Source: Pristiophorus japonicus
Lineage: Eukaryota
Reading direction: 5' to 3'
Length of the DNA stretch: 64,000 nucleotides
NCBI RefSeq assembly: GCF_044704955.1
Contig: NC_091999.1
Coordinates: forward strand, 63,612,001 to 63,676,000
Part shown: positions 48,658-60,424 of the stretch, one piece after another
How positions within the stretch are numbered: position 1 is the stretch's first letter
How the letters are laid out: every line of letters starts with the position of its first letter
Position numbers and translations under genes: made by a program
The notes under the pieces: model-generated
The model's database searches: none
Told to the model about the DNA's origin: nothing
What the model saw: the letters and a program-made list of their open reading frames with translations, nothing else

Positions 48658-48954
48658 ATTCTCAGCATTTTTCATTCCATTTCACAATTTAACCGGTTCT
48701 CTGCCAAACTGATCCTGAGATAGATGGAATAACGTCCCACACCTTTCAACACTGACATTTTATTCTCATTTTTATTAATCTGCAATATTCACGATACATC
48801 CGTTTCAAAAATCGCAAACATCAGTCAAAGTTGCGACAGTGATTCAGCCTGTCTATCCCTCGAGATGTCTAAGGCATCTGTGCATGCCCGTTGGTGCGTG
48901 CAAATATTTTTGGTTATGTGTGTGTGTGTCTCTGTGTCTGTCTATCTCTATATA

Positions 48955-49608
48955 TGGCATGTTCGCCTTCATAGCTAGGTGATTTGAGTACAGGAGCAGG
49001 GATGTCTTACTGCAGTTGTACAGGGCCTTGGTGAGGCCATACCTCGAATGTTGTGTTCAATTTTTGTCCCCGAATCTGAGAAAGGACGTCCTTGATATTG
49101 AGGGAGTACAGCGAAGGTTCACCTGCATGATTCCCGGGATGGCAGGATTGACATCTGAGGAGAGACTGGATCAACTGGACTGGTATCCACTGGAGTTTAG
49201 AAGAATGAAAGGGGATCACACAGAAACATATAAAATTCTGACGAGATTGGACAGCTTAGAGACTGGAAGAATGTTCTCGTTGCTGGGGAGTACGCGACCA
49301 AGGATTAGAGTCAAAGAGTAAGGGGTAAGCCATTTAGGACCGAGATGACGAGAAACCTATTCACTCAGAGAGTGGTTATCCTGTGAAATTTTCTACCGCA
49401 GAAAGTAGTTGAGGCCAGTTCGTTAGATATAATCAAAAGGGAGTTAGATATGCCCCTTACGGCTAAAGCGATCAAGGGGTATGGAGAGAAAGCAGGAAAT
49501 GGGTACTGAGGTTGAATGATGAGCCATGATCTTATTGAATGGTGGTGCAGGCTCGAAGGGCCGAATGTCATATTCCTGCACCTAATTTCTATGTCTCTAT
49601 GTTTCTAT
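48955..49608 (+). mobile_element. CR1-like LINE 3' end inside the tRNA unit (same insertion at 52016-52733 and 55323-56047)
   Basis: All three end in tttctatg followed by the same ttgatgc.tgtatatt flank. Confidence 0.9.
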
Positions 49609-50145
49609 GTTGATGCATGTATATTTTTGATTATTGTGTGTGCGTGTATCTGTGTATGTCTATCTGTATGTATATCTCTGTGTATGTGCAAATGTCTGTG
49701 GAAATCATCACCATGAATTTGGTACGTCCTGGAACTTTTTAAAAAACTTGGGGAAAATAATACGGTTGTGATCTTTGGTATCGGTTTTGGTTCAGTGGCT
49801 CCATTCTCGACTGAATCAGAAGGTTGTGTGTGTAAGACCCACTCCTGAGACTTGAACACATCATCTTGGATGACACTCAAATGCAGTATTTGGGGAATGT
49901 TGCATTATTGAAGCTGTTGACCATCGGCTGAAATTTTAAATTGAAGCTCCATCTGCCCCCTCGGGTGGATGTGAAAGTTCCCAGAGCCTTAGTCGAAAAA
50001 GAATCGGAGAGCTGCGCCCGTGTCAATATTACGAAAAATGTTCGTAAATGCTCCCTGAAATCCAATGTGTCTGTGTGTCACTGTGGGGGTGGAGCTGAAG
50101 CCCAGATTCTCACAGAGATAGAGTCCAAACACTGACAGGATCAGG

Positions 50146-50228
50146 ACCAGGATGGCCGAGTAGTAAAGGCGTTGGACTTAAGATGTAATGGGTTTATACC
50201 CGCGTGGGTTCAACCCCGCCTTCTGGTA
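50146..50228 (+). tRNA. tRNA-Leu(TAA)-like, likely pseudogene
   Basis: Leu body with a damaged T arm. Confidence 0.72.
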
Positions 50229-51410
50229 ATTCCTTAATAAAACGGAGATTTTTCCCATCCTGCTCAGTGATACCCGATTTTCATCTGCTGAATCTCCAAT
50301 TTTCTGTAACTCTGTGACACTCTGAGCCGAAAAAGAAATGAAATTTTGAAATGTATCTGTGTCGCTCTCTCTCTTTAGAGAGCTGTGTTTGTGTTTGTGT
50401 GTTTGAGTCTTTGTCCCTCTCAGTCTACCTCTCTCTGACCCACTCTGTTTGTCCCTGTTTCTCTGTTTGTCTCTGTCTCTCAATCTGTCTCTTTCTCACG
50501 GTGTCTAGTTCTGTTGCCATGGGATTCTCTTAGACTCTCTGTCTGACTGCCTCTCTCTGTCCCATTATCTCTGTCTGTCCATGTCCTTGCCTGTCTCTGT
50601 TAGTCTCTGTCTCTAACCTGATAAGTATTTCCATTATTTTCTGTTTTTGTCTCTATGTCTCTCTCTCTATCTGTCTTTCTCTCTATCTGTCTCCCTCTTT
50701 TTCTCTCTCTTTGTCCCTGTCTTTTTCTCTGTCATTCCATCACTATTTGCCTCCCTCTCTTTATGGAGCATGCAAATACATCTCTGTGCATGTATGAGTT
50801 TGAGTCGTTTTCTCATTCAGTCTGATCCTCCCTTTCAGACTCAAAGTTGATGTCTCTCTTTGTCTCTATCTCACTGTCGGTCTCTCCCTGTTTCCCTGTT
50901 TGTCTCTGGTTCTCAATGTGTCTGTCTCTTTCTCACCGTGTCCAGTTCTGTTCGAACGGGATTCTCTCAATCTCTCTGTCTGACTGTCTCACTCTTTCCC
51001 ATCATCTCTGTCTGTCTATGTTTCTGCCTGTCTGTCTCTCTTTGCCTGTCGCTGGTAGTTCCTGTCTCTAACCTGCTGAGTATTTCCATCATTTTCTGTT
51101 TATATCTTTGTCTCTCTCTCTATCTGTCGCTCTCTCTCCATCTTTCTCTCACCTTGTCACTGCTTTATCACTGTCTTTCTCTCACTCTTTCCCTCTCTCT
51201 TTTTATAGATCACACACGCGCATCGCTGTATATGTAGGTGTTTGAGTCTTTTTCTCGCTGACTCTGACTGACTTTTCAGTCTCACCCTTTCTGTCTCCCG
51301 TTGTCTCTCTCTCGCTGACTGCCTATCCCTGTTTATCGGTTTGTCTCTGTCGATCAATGTTTCTGTCGACTTCTGTTCACAGCTCGATTACTGCTCTGAC
51401 GCAACCCGTT

Positions 51411-51483
51411 CCCTCGTCCGTGTCATGCCGATTATGCCCCCCTTTTACGTGGGACAACCGGGTTCAATTCCCCAACGGAAAAG
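51411..51483 (+). pseudogene. Highly degenerate tRNA-Asp
   Basis: Positional homolog; retains gggttcaattcccc. Confidence 0.55.
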
Positions 51484-51700
51484 CAGCTTTTTCAAAATGT
51501 TGAATTTTACTTCTGTTTCTTGGTATAATTTTTATTAAAAAGTTCCACATCAATATAGAACAGTAAAAATACAGCAAGAGGAGATTGCCTCTTACAGATC
51601 TTTTGCAAACGGAGACTTTTTCAGGATTCTGTGGCCGTCTGTTGCACAGAGATGGATGACTGAGTTTTTTCTGAATAACATTTAAAGTGCCAGAGAAGCA

Positions 51701-51782
51701 GTAGTTGTTGCCGAGTGGTTAAAGCGAAGGTCTAGAAGTCCTGTGGGTTTGCTGCTTGTAGTTTCGAATCCTGCCGACTACG
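51701..51782 (+). tRNA. tRNA-Ser(AGA) pseudogene
   Basis: GTAGTTG...TTCGAATCCTGCCGACTACG with loop ct-aga-ag. Confidence 0.68.
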
Positions 51783-53253
51783 ATTCACAGCATTTTTCAT
51801 TCCATTTTACAATTTAACCAGGTTTTTGCAAAACGGATCCTGAGATAGGCAGAATAACGTCCCACACATTTCAACACTGACATCTATTTCTCATTTTTAT
51901 TAATCTGCAATATTCATGATTCATACGGATAGAAAAACGCAAAAATTAGCCAAAGTAGCGACAGTGACCCTGCCTGTCTATCCATCTACTTGTCAAAGGC
52001 AATCTATGTATATCTTGATCTGGGTGCCATGGTACATCAGTCATTGATTGTTGGTGTGCAGGTGCAGCAGGCGGTGAAGAAGGCCAATGGCATGTTCCCC
52101 TTCATAGCTAGGGGATTTGAGTATCGGAGCAGGGAGATCTTACTGCATTTGTACAGGGCCTCCGTGAGGCCACACCTGGAATACTGTGTTCAGTTTTGGT
52201 CTACGAATCTGAGGAAGGACGTCCTTGCTATTGAGGCAGTACAGCGAAGGTTCACCAGCATGATTCCCGGATGGCAGGACTGACATATGAGGAGAGACTG
52301 GATGAACTGGGCTGGTATCCACTGGAGTTTAGAAGATTGAGAGTAGATTAGAAGAAACATGAAAAGTTCTGACGAGATTGGACAGCTTAGAGGCTGGAAG
52401 CATGTTCTCGCTGCTGGGGAGTTCGAGACCAAGGATCAGAGTCTAAGAATAAGGGGTAAGCCATTTAGAAACCGAGATGAAGAGAAACGTCTTCACTCAG
52501 AGAGTGGATAACCAGTGAAAATTTCCATTGCAGAAAGTCGTTGAGGCCAGTACGTTAGATATATTCAAAAGGGAGTTAGATATTGCCCTTACGGCTAAAG
52601 GGATGAAGGGGTATAGAGAGGAAGCAGGAAAGGGGTACTGAGGTTGAATGATCAGCCATGATGTTATTAAATGGTAGTGCAGGCTCGAAGGGCCGAATGG
52701 CATATTCCTGCACCTAATTTCTATGTTTCTATGTTGATGCGTGTATATTGTTGGTTATTGTGTGTGTCGTGTGTCTGTGTATGTCTATCTGCATGTATGT
52801 CTCTGTGTATGTGCAACTGTCTGTGGAAATCATCACCATGAATTTGGTACGTCCTGGAACTTTTTAAAAAACTTGGGGTAAAATAATACAGTTGTGAACT
52901 TTGGTATCGGTTTTGGTTCAGTGGCTCCATTCTCGACTGAATCAGGAGATTGTGTGTGTAAGTCCCAGTCCTGAGACTTGAACCCATAATCTTGGCTGAC
53001 ACTCAAATGCAGTACTTGGGGAATGTTGCATTGTTGAAGCTGTTGACCATCGGCTGAAATTTTTAATTGAAGCTCCATCTGCCCCCTCGGGTGGATGTGC
53101 AAGTTCCCAGAGCCTTAGTCGAAAAATAATAGGAGAGTTGCGCCCGTGTCAATATAACGAAAAATGTTTGTAAATGCTCCCTGAAATCCGATGTGTCTGG
53201 AGCTGAAGCCCAGATTCTCACAGAGGCAGAGTCCAACCGCTGACAGGTTCAGG

Positions 53254-53336
53254 ACCAGGATGGCCGAGTGGTAAAGGCGTTAGACTTAAGATCTACTGGG
53301 TTTATACCCGCGTGGGTTCGAACCCCACTCCTGGTA
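53254..53336 (+). tRNA. tRNA-Leu(TAA), best-preserved copy, possibly functional
   Basis: Intact acceptor, D and T arms and A/B boxes; anticodon stem TTAGA/TCTAC; T-run about 20 nt downstream. Confidence 0.85.
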
Positions 53337-54431
53337 ATTCCTTAATTAAACAGAGATTTTTCCCATCCTGCTCAGTGATACCCGATTTTCATCTGCTGAA
53401 TCTCCAGTTTTCTGTAACTATGTGACACTCTGAGCATGAAATGAAATTGTGAAATGTCTCTGCTGCTCTCTCTCTCTTTCGAGAGCTGTGCATGTGTTTG
53501 TGTGTTTGAGACTTTGTCTCTCTCTGACCCACTCTGTCTGTCGCTGTCTCTCAATCTGTCTCTTTCTCACGGTGTCTCGTACTGTTGCAATGGTATTCTC
53601 TCAAACTCTCTGTCTGACTGCCTCTCTCTGTCCCATTATTTCTGTCTGTCGCTGTTAGTCTCTGTCTCTAACCTGATAAGTATTTCCATTATTTTCTGTT
53701 TTTGTCTCGATGTCTCTCTCTCTATCTGTCTTTCCCTCTATCTGTCTCCCTCTTTTTCTCTCTCTTTGTCCCTGTCCTTTTCTCTGTCATTCCATCACTA
53801 TTTGCCCCCCTCTCTTTTTGGAGCATGCAAGTACATCTCTGTGTATGTATGTGTTTGAGTCTTTTTCTCATTCAGTCTGATCCTCCCTTTCAGTCTCAAA
53901 CTTTCTGTCTCTCTTTGTCTCTATCTCACTGTCTGTCTCTCCCTGTTTCCCTGTTTGTCTTTGGTTCTGAATGTGTCTGTCTCTTTCTCACGGTGTCCAG
54001 TACTGTTCGAAAGGGATTCACTCAGTCTCTCTGTCTGACTGTCTCACTCTTTCCCATCATCTCTGTCTGTCTATGTTTCTGCCTATCTGTCTCTCTTTGC
54101 CTGTCGCTGGTAGTTTCTACCTCTCACCTGCTGAGTATTTCCATCATTTTCTGTTTATATCTGTCTCTCTCTCTCTATCTGTCGCTCTCTCTCTATCTGT
54201 CTCTCTCCGTGTCACTGTCTTTCTCTCACTCTTTCCCTCTCTCTCTTTATATGTAGGCGTTTGAGTCTTTTTCTCACTGAGTCTGCCTCACTTTTCAGTC
54301 TCACCCTTTCTGTCTCGCGTTGTCTCTCTCTCTCGCTGTCTGTCTATCCCTGTTTGTCGGTTTGTGTCTGTCGATTAATGTGTCTGTCGACTTCTGTTCA
54401 CAGCTCGATTACTGCTCTAACGCAACCCGTA

Positions 54432-54503
54432 CCGTCGTCCATATAGTGGTGATTATTCCCGCTTGTTATGCGGGAGAACTGGGTTCAATTTCCCGACGGC
54501 GCA
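54432..54503 (+). pseudogene. Degenerate tRNA-Asp (anticodon drifted to GTT)
   Basis: tatagtggtg..gggttcaatttcccgacgg. Confidence 0.62.
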
Positions 54504-54721
54504 GCAGTTTTTTAAAAATGTCGAATTTTACTTCTGTTTCTTCGTATAGATTTTATTAAAAAGTTCCAGAGCAATATAGAACAGTAAAAATACAGCAAGA
54601 GGAGATTGCCTCTTCCAGATTTTTTGCAAACGGAGACTTTTTCAGGATTCTGTTGCCGACTGCTGCACAGAGATGGACGACTGAATTTTTTCTGAGTAAC
54701 ATTTAAAGTGCCAGAGATGCA

Positions 54722-54803
54722 GTAATTGTGGCCGAGTGGTTAAAGCGATGGACTAGAAATACTTTGGGTTTTCTGCGCGTAGGTTAGAATCCTGCCGACT
54801 ACG
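54722..54803 (+). tRNA. tRNA-Ser(AGA) pseudogene
   Basis: Ser body; B box mutated (ggttaga). Confidence 0.7.
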
Positions 54804-56566
54804 ATTCTCAGCATTTTTCATTCCATTTTACAATTTAACCTGGTTTTGGCAAAACTGATCCTGAGATAGATGGAATAACGTCCCACACCTTTCAACACTG
54901 ACATTTTTTTCACATTTCTATTAGTCTGCAATATTCACGATACATACGGATAGAAAAATGCAAAAATCAGCCAAAGCAGTGACTCAGCCTGTCTATCCCT
55001 CGATATGTCAAAGGCATCTGTGCATGTCCGTTGGTGCATGTATATTTTTGGTTCTGTGTGTGTGTGTGTGTTTCTGTGTCTGTCTATCTGTATATATGTC
55101 TCTGTGTATGTGCAACTGTCTGTGGAAATCATCACCATGAATTTGGCATGTCCTGGAACTTTTTCAAAAGACTTGGAGAAAATCATACGGTTGTGAACTT
55201 TTGCATTGGCTTTGGTTCAGTGGCAGCATTCTCGACGGAAAAACGCAAAAGCCAGCCAAAGCAGCGACAGTGACCCTGCCTGCCTATCCGTCTATTTGTC
55301 TAAGGCACTCTGTGTATATCTTGATCTGGGTGTCATGGTACATCTGTCATTGAAAGTGGGCATGCAAGCGCAACAGGCAGTGAAGAAGGCAAATGGCATG
55401 TTCGCCTTCATAGCTAGGTGCTTTTAATATAGGAGCAGGGAAGTCTTCCTGCAGTTGTACAGGGCCTTGGTGAAGCCACAAATTAAATATTTTGTTAGTT
55501 TTGGTCTCAAATCTGAGGAAGGACGTCCTTGCTATCGATAGAGCACAGCGAAGGTTCACCAGCTTGATTCCAGGGATGGCAGGACTGACATATGAGGATA
55601 GACTGGATCAACTCTGCTGGTATCCACTGGAGTTTAGAAGAATGAGAGAGGATCACTTAGAAACATATCAAATTCTGACGAGATTGGACAAGTGAGAGGC
55701 AGGAAGAATGTTTCTGTTGCTGGGGAGTTCGAGAACCAGGGGTCACAGTCTCAGAATAAGGGGTAAGCCATTTAGGACCAAGATGAGGAGAAACAGCTTC
55801 ATTCAGAGAGTGGTTAACCTGTGGAATTCTCTACCGCAGAAAGTTGTTGAAGCCAGTTCGTTAGATATATTGAAGAGGGAGTCAGATATGGCCCTTACGG
55901 CTCAACGGATCAAGGGATATGGAGAGAAAGGAGGATATAGGTACCGAGGTTGAATGATCAGCCATGATCTTATTGAATCGTGGTGCAGGCTCGAAGGGCC
56001 GAATGGCCTACTCCTGCAACTAATTTCTATGTTTCTATGTTTCTATGTTGATGCGTGTATATTTTTGGTTATTTTATGTGTGTGTGTGTCTGTGTATGTC
56101 TATCTGTATATATGTCTCTGTGTATGTGCAACTGTCTGTGGAAATCATCACCAAGAATTTGGTATGTCCTGGAACTTTTAAAAAAACTTGGGGAAAATAA
56201 TACGGTTGTGATCTTTGGTATCGGCTTTGTTTCAGTGGCTCCATTCAAAAGGTCGTGTGTGTAAGTCCCTCTCCTGAGACTTGAGCGCATCATCTTGGCT
56301 GACACTCAAATGCATTACTCTGGGAATTTTGCTTTGTTGAAGCTGATGACCATCGGATGAAATGTGAAATTAAAGCTCTGCCTGCACCCTCGGATGGATG
56401 TGAAAGGTCCCAGAGCATTACTCGAAAAAGAATAGGAGAGTTGCCCCGTGTCAATATCACGAAAATTGTTCTAAAATGCTCCCTGAAACCCTCTGTGTCT
56501 GTGTGTGTCTGTGGGGGTGGAGTTGAAGCCCAAATTCTGACAGAGACAAAACCCGTTTCTGCCAGG

Positions 56567-56649
56567 ACCAGGATGGCCGAGTGGTCAAGGTGTTGGACTT
56601 AAAATCCAATGGATTTATAACGGTGTGGGTTCGAACCCCACTCCTGGTA
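56567..56649 (+). tRNA. tRNA-Leu(TAA), fairly well preserved
   Basis: Acceptor, anticodon and T stems pair; variable arm disrupted. Confidence 0.8.
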
Positions 56650-57726
56650 ATTGTTTAATTAAACAGAGATTATTTCCCATGCTGCTCAGTGTTACCCGAT
56701 TTACATCTGTTGCATTTGCATGTTTCGGTGATACTCTGAGCAGATAATGAAATGTATCTGTGTCGCTCAGTCTCTGCCTCTCTCTTTCGAAAGCTGTGTC
56801 TGTGTTTGAGTCTTTGTCTCTCGAAGTCTGCCTCTGTCTCGTTCTCACTGTGTCCAATTCTGTTCCAAAGGGATTCTCTCTGTCTGACCGTCTCTCTATT
56901 TCCCATCATCTCTGTCTGTGTTGGACCCTGTCTCTAGCCTGATGAATCATTCCATTATTTCTGTGTGTGTCTCTCTCTCTCTATCTGTCTTTCTCTCTAT
57001 CTGTCTCCCTCTTTGTCTCTGTCTTTTTCTTGTCTTCCATCACTATTTGCCTCCCTCTCTTTATGGAGCACGCAAACACATCTCTGTGTATGTAAGTATT
57101 TGAGTCTTTGTCTCACTCAGTCTGACCCTGCCTCTCAGTCTAAAACTTTCTGTCTCTCTCTGTCTCTATCTCGCTGTCTGTCTCTCCCTGTTTCCCTGTT
57201 TGTCTCTGTCTCTCAATGTGTCTGTCTCTTTCTCACGGTGTCCAGTTCTGTTCGAATGGGATTCTCTCAATCACTCTGTCTGACTGTCTCTCTTTTTGCC
57301 ATCATCTCTGTCTGTCTATGTTTCTGCCTATCTGTCTCTCTTTGCCTGTCGCTGTTAGTTCCTGTCTCTAACCTGCTGAGTATTTCCATCATTGTCTGTT
57401 TATATCTTTGTCTCTCTCTCTATCTGTCGCTCTCTCTCTATCTGTCTCTGTCCTTGTCACTGTCATTAACACTGTCTTTGTCTCACTCTTTCCCTCTCTC
57501 TCTTTATAGAGCACACACACATATCTCTGTATATGTATGTGTTTGAGTTTTTTTCTCACTGCGTCTGCCTCACCTTCTGAGTCTCACACTTTCTGTCTCT
57601 CGTTCTCTCTATCTCGTTGTCTGTCTCTCCCTGTTTGTCGGTTTGTCTCTGTCTCTCAATGTGTCTCTCTACTTCTCATGGAGTCCAGTTCTCTTCACAG
57701 CTCGATTCCTGCTCTGACCAAACCCA

Positions 57727-57798
57727 CATTCATTGGTATAGTGCGTAGTATCCCGGCCTGTTATGTAGAAGACAGGGTTTCAATTCCCCAACGGACAG
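57727..57798 (+). pseudogene. Highly degenerate tRNA-Asp
   Basis: Positional homolog; gtatagtg..tcaattcccc. Confidence 0.5.
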
Positions 57799-57986
57799 CA
57801 AGCTTTTTCAAAATGCAGGATTTTACTTCTGTTTCTTGGTATAGATTCATATTAAAAAGTTCCAGTGCAATACAGAATAGTAAAAATACAGGAAGAGGAG
57901 ATTTTTTTCAGAATTCTGTGTCATCTGCTGCAGAGAGGTGGATGACTGAGTTTTATCTGAGTAACATTTAAATAAATAACGAGTCA

Positions 57987-58068
57987 GTAGTCGTGGCCAA
58001 GAGGTTACAGCGATGAGCTAGAAAATCCATCGTATTTTACCCCGGAAGGTCGAATCCTGCCGACTACG
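57987..58068 (+). tRNA. tRNA-Ser(AGA) pseudogene
   Basis: GTAGTCGTGGCC...CGAATCCTGCCGACTACG. Confidence 0.68.
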
Positions 58069-58824
58069 ATTCTCAGCATTTTTCATTCCATTTCACAATT
58101 TAACCAGGTCTTTGCAAAACTCAACCTGAGATTGATGGAATAACGTCCCACACCTTTCAAAACTGTCATTTTTTAAATAATTTTAATTAAACTGTAATAT
58201 TCACGATACTTACGCATAGAAAAACGCAAAAATCAGCCAAAGTTGCGACAGTGATTCAGCCTGTCTATCCCTCTATATGTCGAAGACATCTGTACATGTC
58301 CGTTGGTGCGAGTATATTTTTGCCTATGTGTGTGTGTGTCTGTGTCTGTCTATCTGAATTTATATATATATCTGTGTATGTGCAACTGTCTGTATAAATC
58401 ATCACCATGAATTTGGTATGTCATGGAACTTTTAAAAAGATTTAATGAAAATAATACGGTTGTGAACTTTGGTATCGGCTTTGGTTCAGTGGCGGTATTC
58501 TCGACTGAATCAGGAGTTTGTGTGTTTAAGTCGTACTCCTGAGACTTGAGCAGATAATCTTGGCAGACACTCAAGTGCAGTACTTGGGGAATTTTGCATT
58601 GTTGAAGCTGTTGACTTTCAGAAGAAATTTTAAATTAAAGCTCCGTCTGCACCCTCGGGTGGATCACAGCATTACTCGGAAAAGAATAGGAGAGTTGCCC
58701 CCGTGTCAATATTACAAAAAAATGTTCCTAAAAATGCTCACTGAAACCCGATGTGTATGTGTGTGTCTGTGGGGTGGAGTTGAAGCCCAGATTCTCACAG
58801 AGACAGAATCGAAACACTGGAAGG

Positions 58825-58906
58825 ACCAGGATGGCCGAGTGGTAAAGGCGTTGGCCTTAAAATTCAATGGGTTCTTCCCACGAGATTTCGTACCCCACTC
58901 CTCGAA
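58825..58906 (+). tRNA. tRNA-Leu(TAA) pseudogene
   Basis: 5' half intact, 3' half degraded. Confidence 0.62.
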
Positions 58907-59325
58907 TCTCTTTAATTTATCACTGATTTCCCCCCATGCTGATCAGTGATACCTGAGTTTCATCTGTTGAATCAACAATTTTCTGTTACTCTGTGACACT
59001 CTGAGCCGATCATGAAATGAAATTGTGAAATGTATCTGTGTATCTCAGTCTCTGCCTTTCTGTCTTTAGAGAGCTGTGCATGTGTTTGTGTGCTTGAGTC
59101 TGAGTCTGCCTCTCTCTGACTCACTCTGTTTGTGCCTGTTTCTCTGTTTGTCTCTGTCTCTCAATCTGTCTCTTTCTCACGGTGCCCACGTCTGTTCCAA
59201 TAGGATTCTCTCAGAATCTCTGTCTGACTGTCTCTCTCTTTCCCATCATCTCTGCCCATGTCTTTGCCTGTCTCACTTTGTCCCTGTCTCTAACCTGATG
59301 AGTATTTTCATCATTTTCAGTTTTA

Positions 59326-60420
59326 GAAACATAGAAACATAGAAAATAGCTGCAGGATTAGGCCATTCGGCCCTTTGAGCCTGCGGCGCCATTCAATATG
59401 TTCATGGCTGACCATTCCTTCAGTTCCCCTTTCCTGCTTTCTCTCCATACCCCTTCACCCCCTTATCCGTAAGGGCCATATCTAACTCCCTCTTGAATAT
59501 ATCCAATGAACTGGCATCAACAACTCTCTGCGGCAGGGAATTCCACAGGTCAACAACTCTCTGAATGAAGAAGTTTCTCCTCATCTTAGTGCTAAATGGC
59601 CTACCCCTTATCCAACGACTATGTCCCCTGCTTCTGGACTTCCCGAATATCGAGAACTTTCTTCCCGCATCTAACCTGTACAGTCCCGTCAGAATCGTAT
59701 ATATTTCTATGAGATCCCCTCTCATCATTCTAAACGGCAGTGAATAAAGGCCCAGTTGATCCAATCTCTCCTCATATAACAGTCCTGCCATCCCTGGAAT
59801 CAGTCTGTTGACAATATCGGACTGAGTCAGCATGGATTTATGAAATGGAAATCATGCTTGATGAATCTTCTGGAATTTATTGAGGATGTAACGAGTAGAG
59901 TGGACAAGGGAGAACCAGTGGATGTGGTGTATTTGGACTTTCAATAGGCTTTTGACAAGGTCCCGCACAAGAGATTGGTGCACAAAGTCCAAGCGCATGG
60001 TATTGGGATTAATGTACTGAGGTGAATAGAGAACTGTTTGGCAACTGGTTTGCTGCACTCCCTCAATAGCAAGAACGTCCTTCCTTAGACTAGGAGACCA
60101 AAACTAAGGCCTTGTACAACTGCAGTAAGGTCTCCCTGCTCCTATATTCAAATCCCCTAGCTATGAAGGCCAGCATGCCATTTGTCTTCTTTACCGCCTG
60201 CTGTACCTGCGTGCCCACTTTCAGTGACCGATAAACCATGATACCCAGGTCTCGTTGCACCTCCCCTTTTTCTAGTCTGCCTCCATTCAGATAATATTCT
60301 GCCTTCGTGTTTTTGCCCCCAAAATGGATAACCTCACATTTATACACATTATACTGCATCTGCCATATATTTGCCCACTCACCTAATCTGTCCAAGTCAC
60401 CCTGCAGCCTCTTAGCATCT
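59326..60420 (-). mobile_element. CR1-like LINE 3' part with an internal inverted segment (59809-60048)
   Basis: Tail at 59326; minus-strand RT end interrupted by a plus-strand QHGFMKWKSCLMNLLEF..DKVPH piece. Confidence 0.85.
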
Positions 60421-60424
60421 CCAC

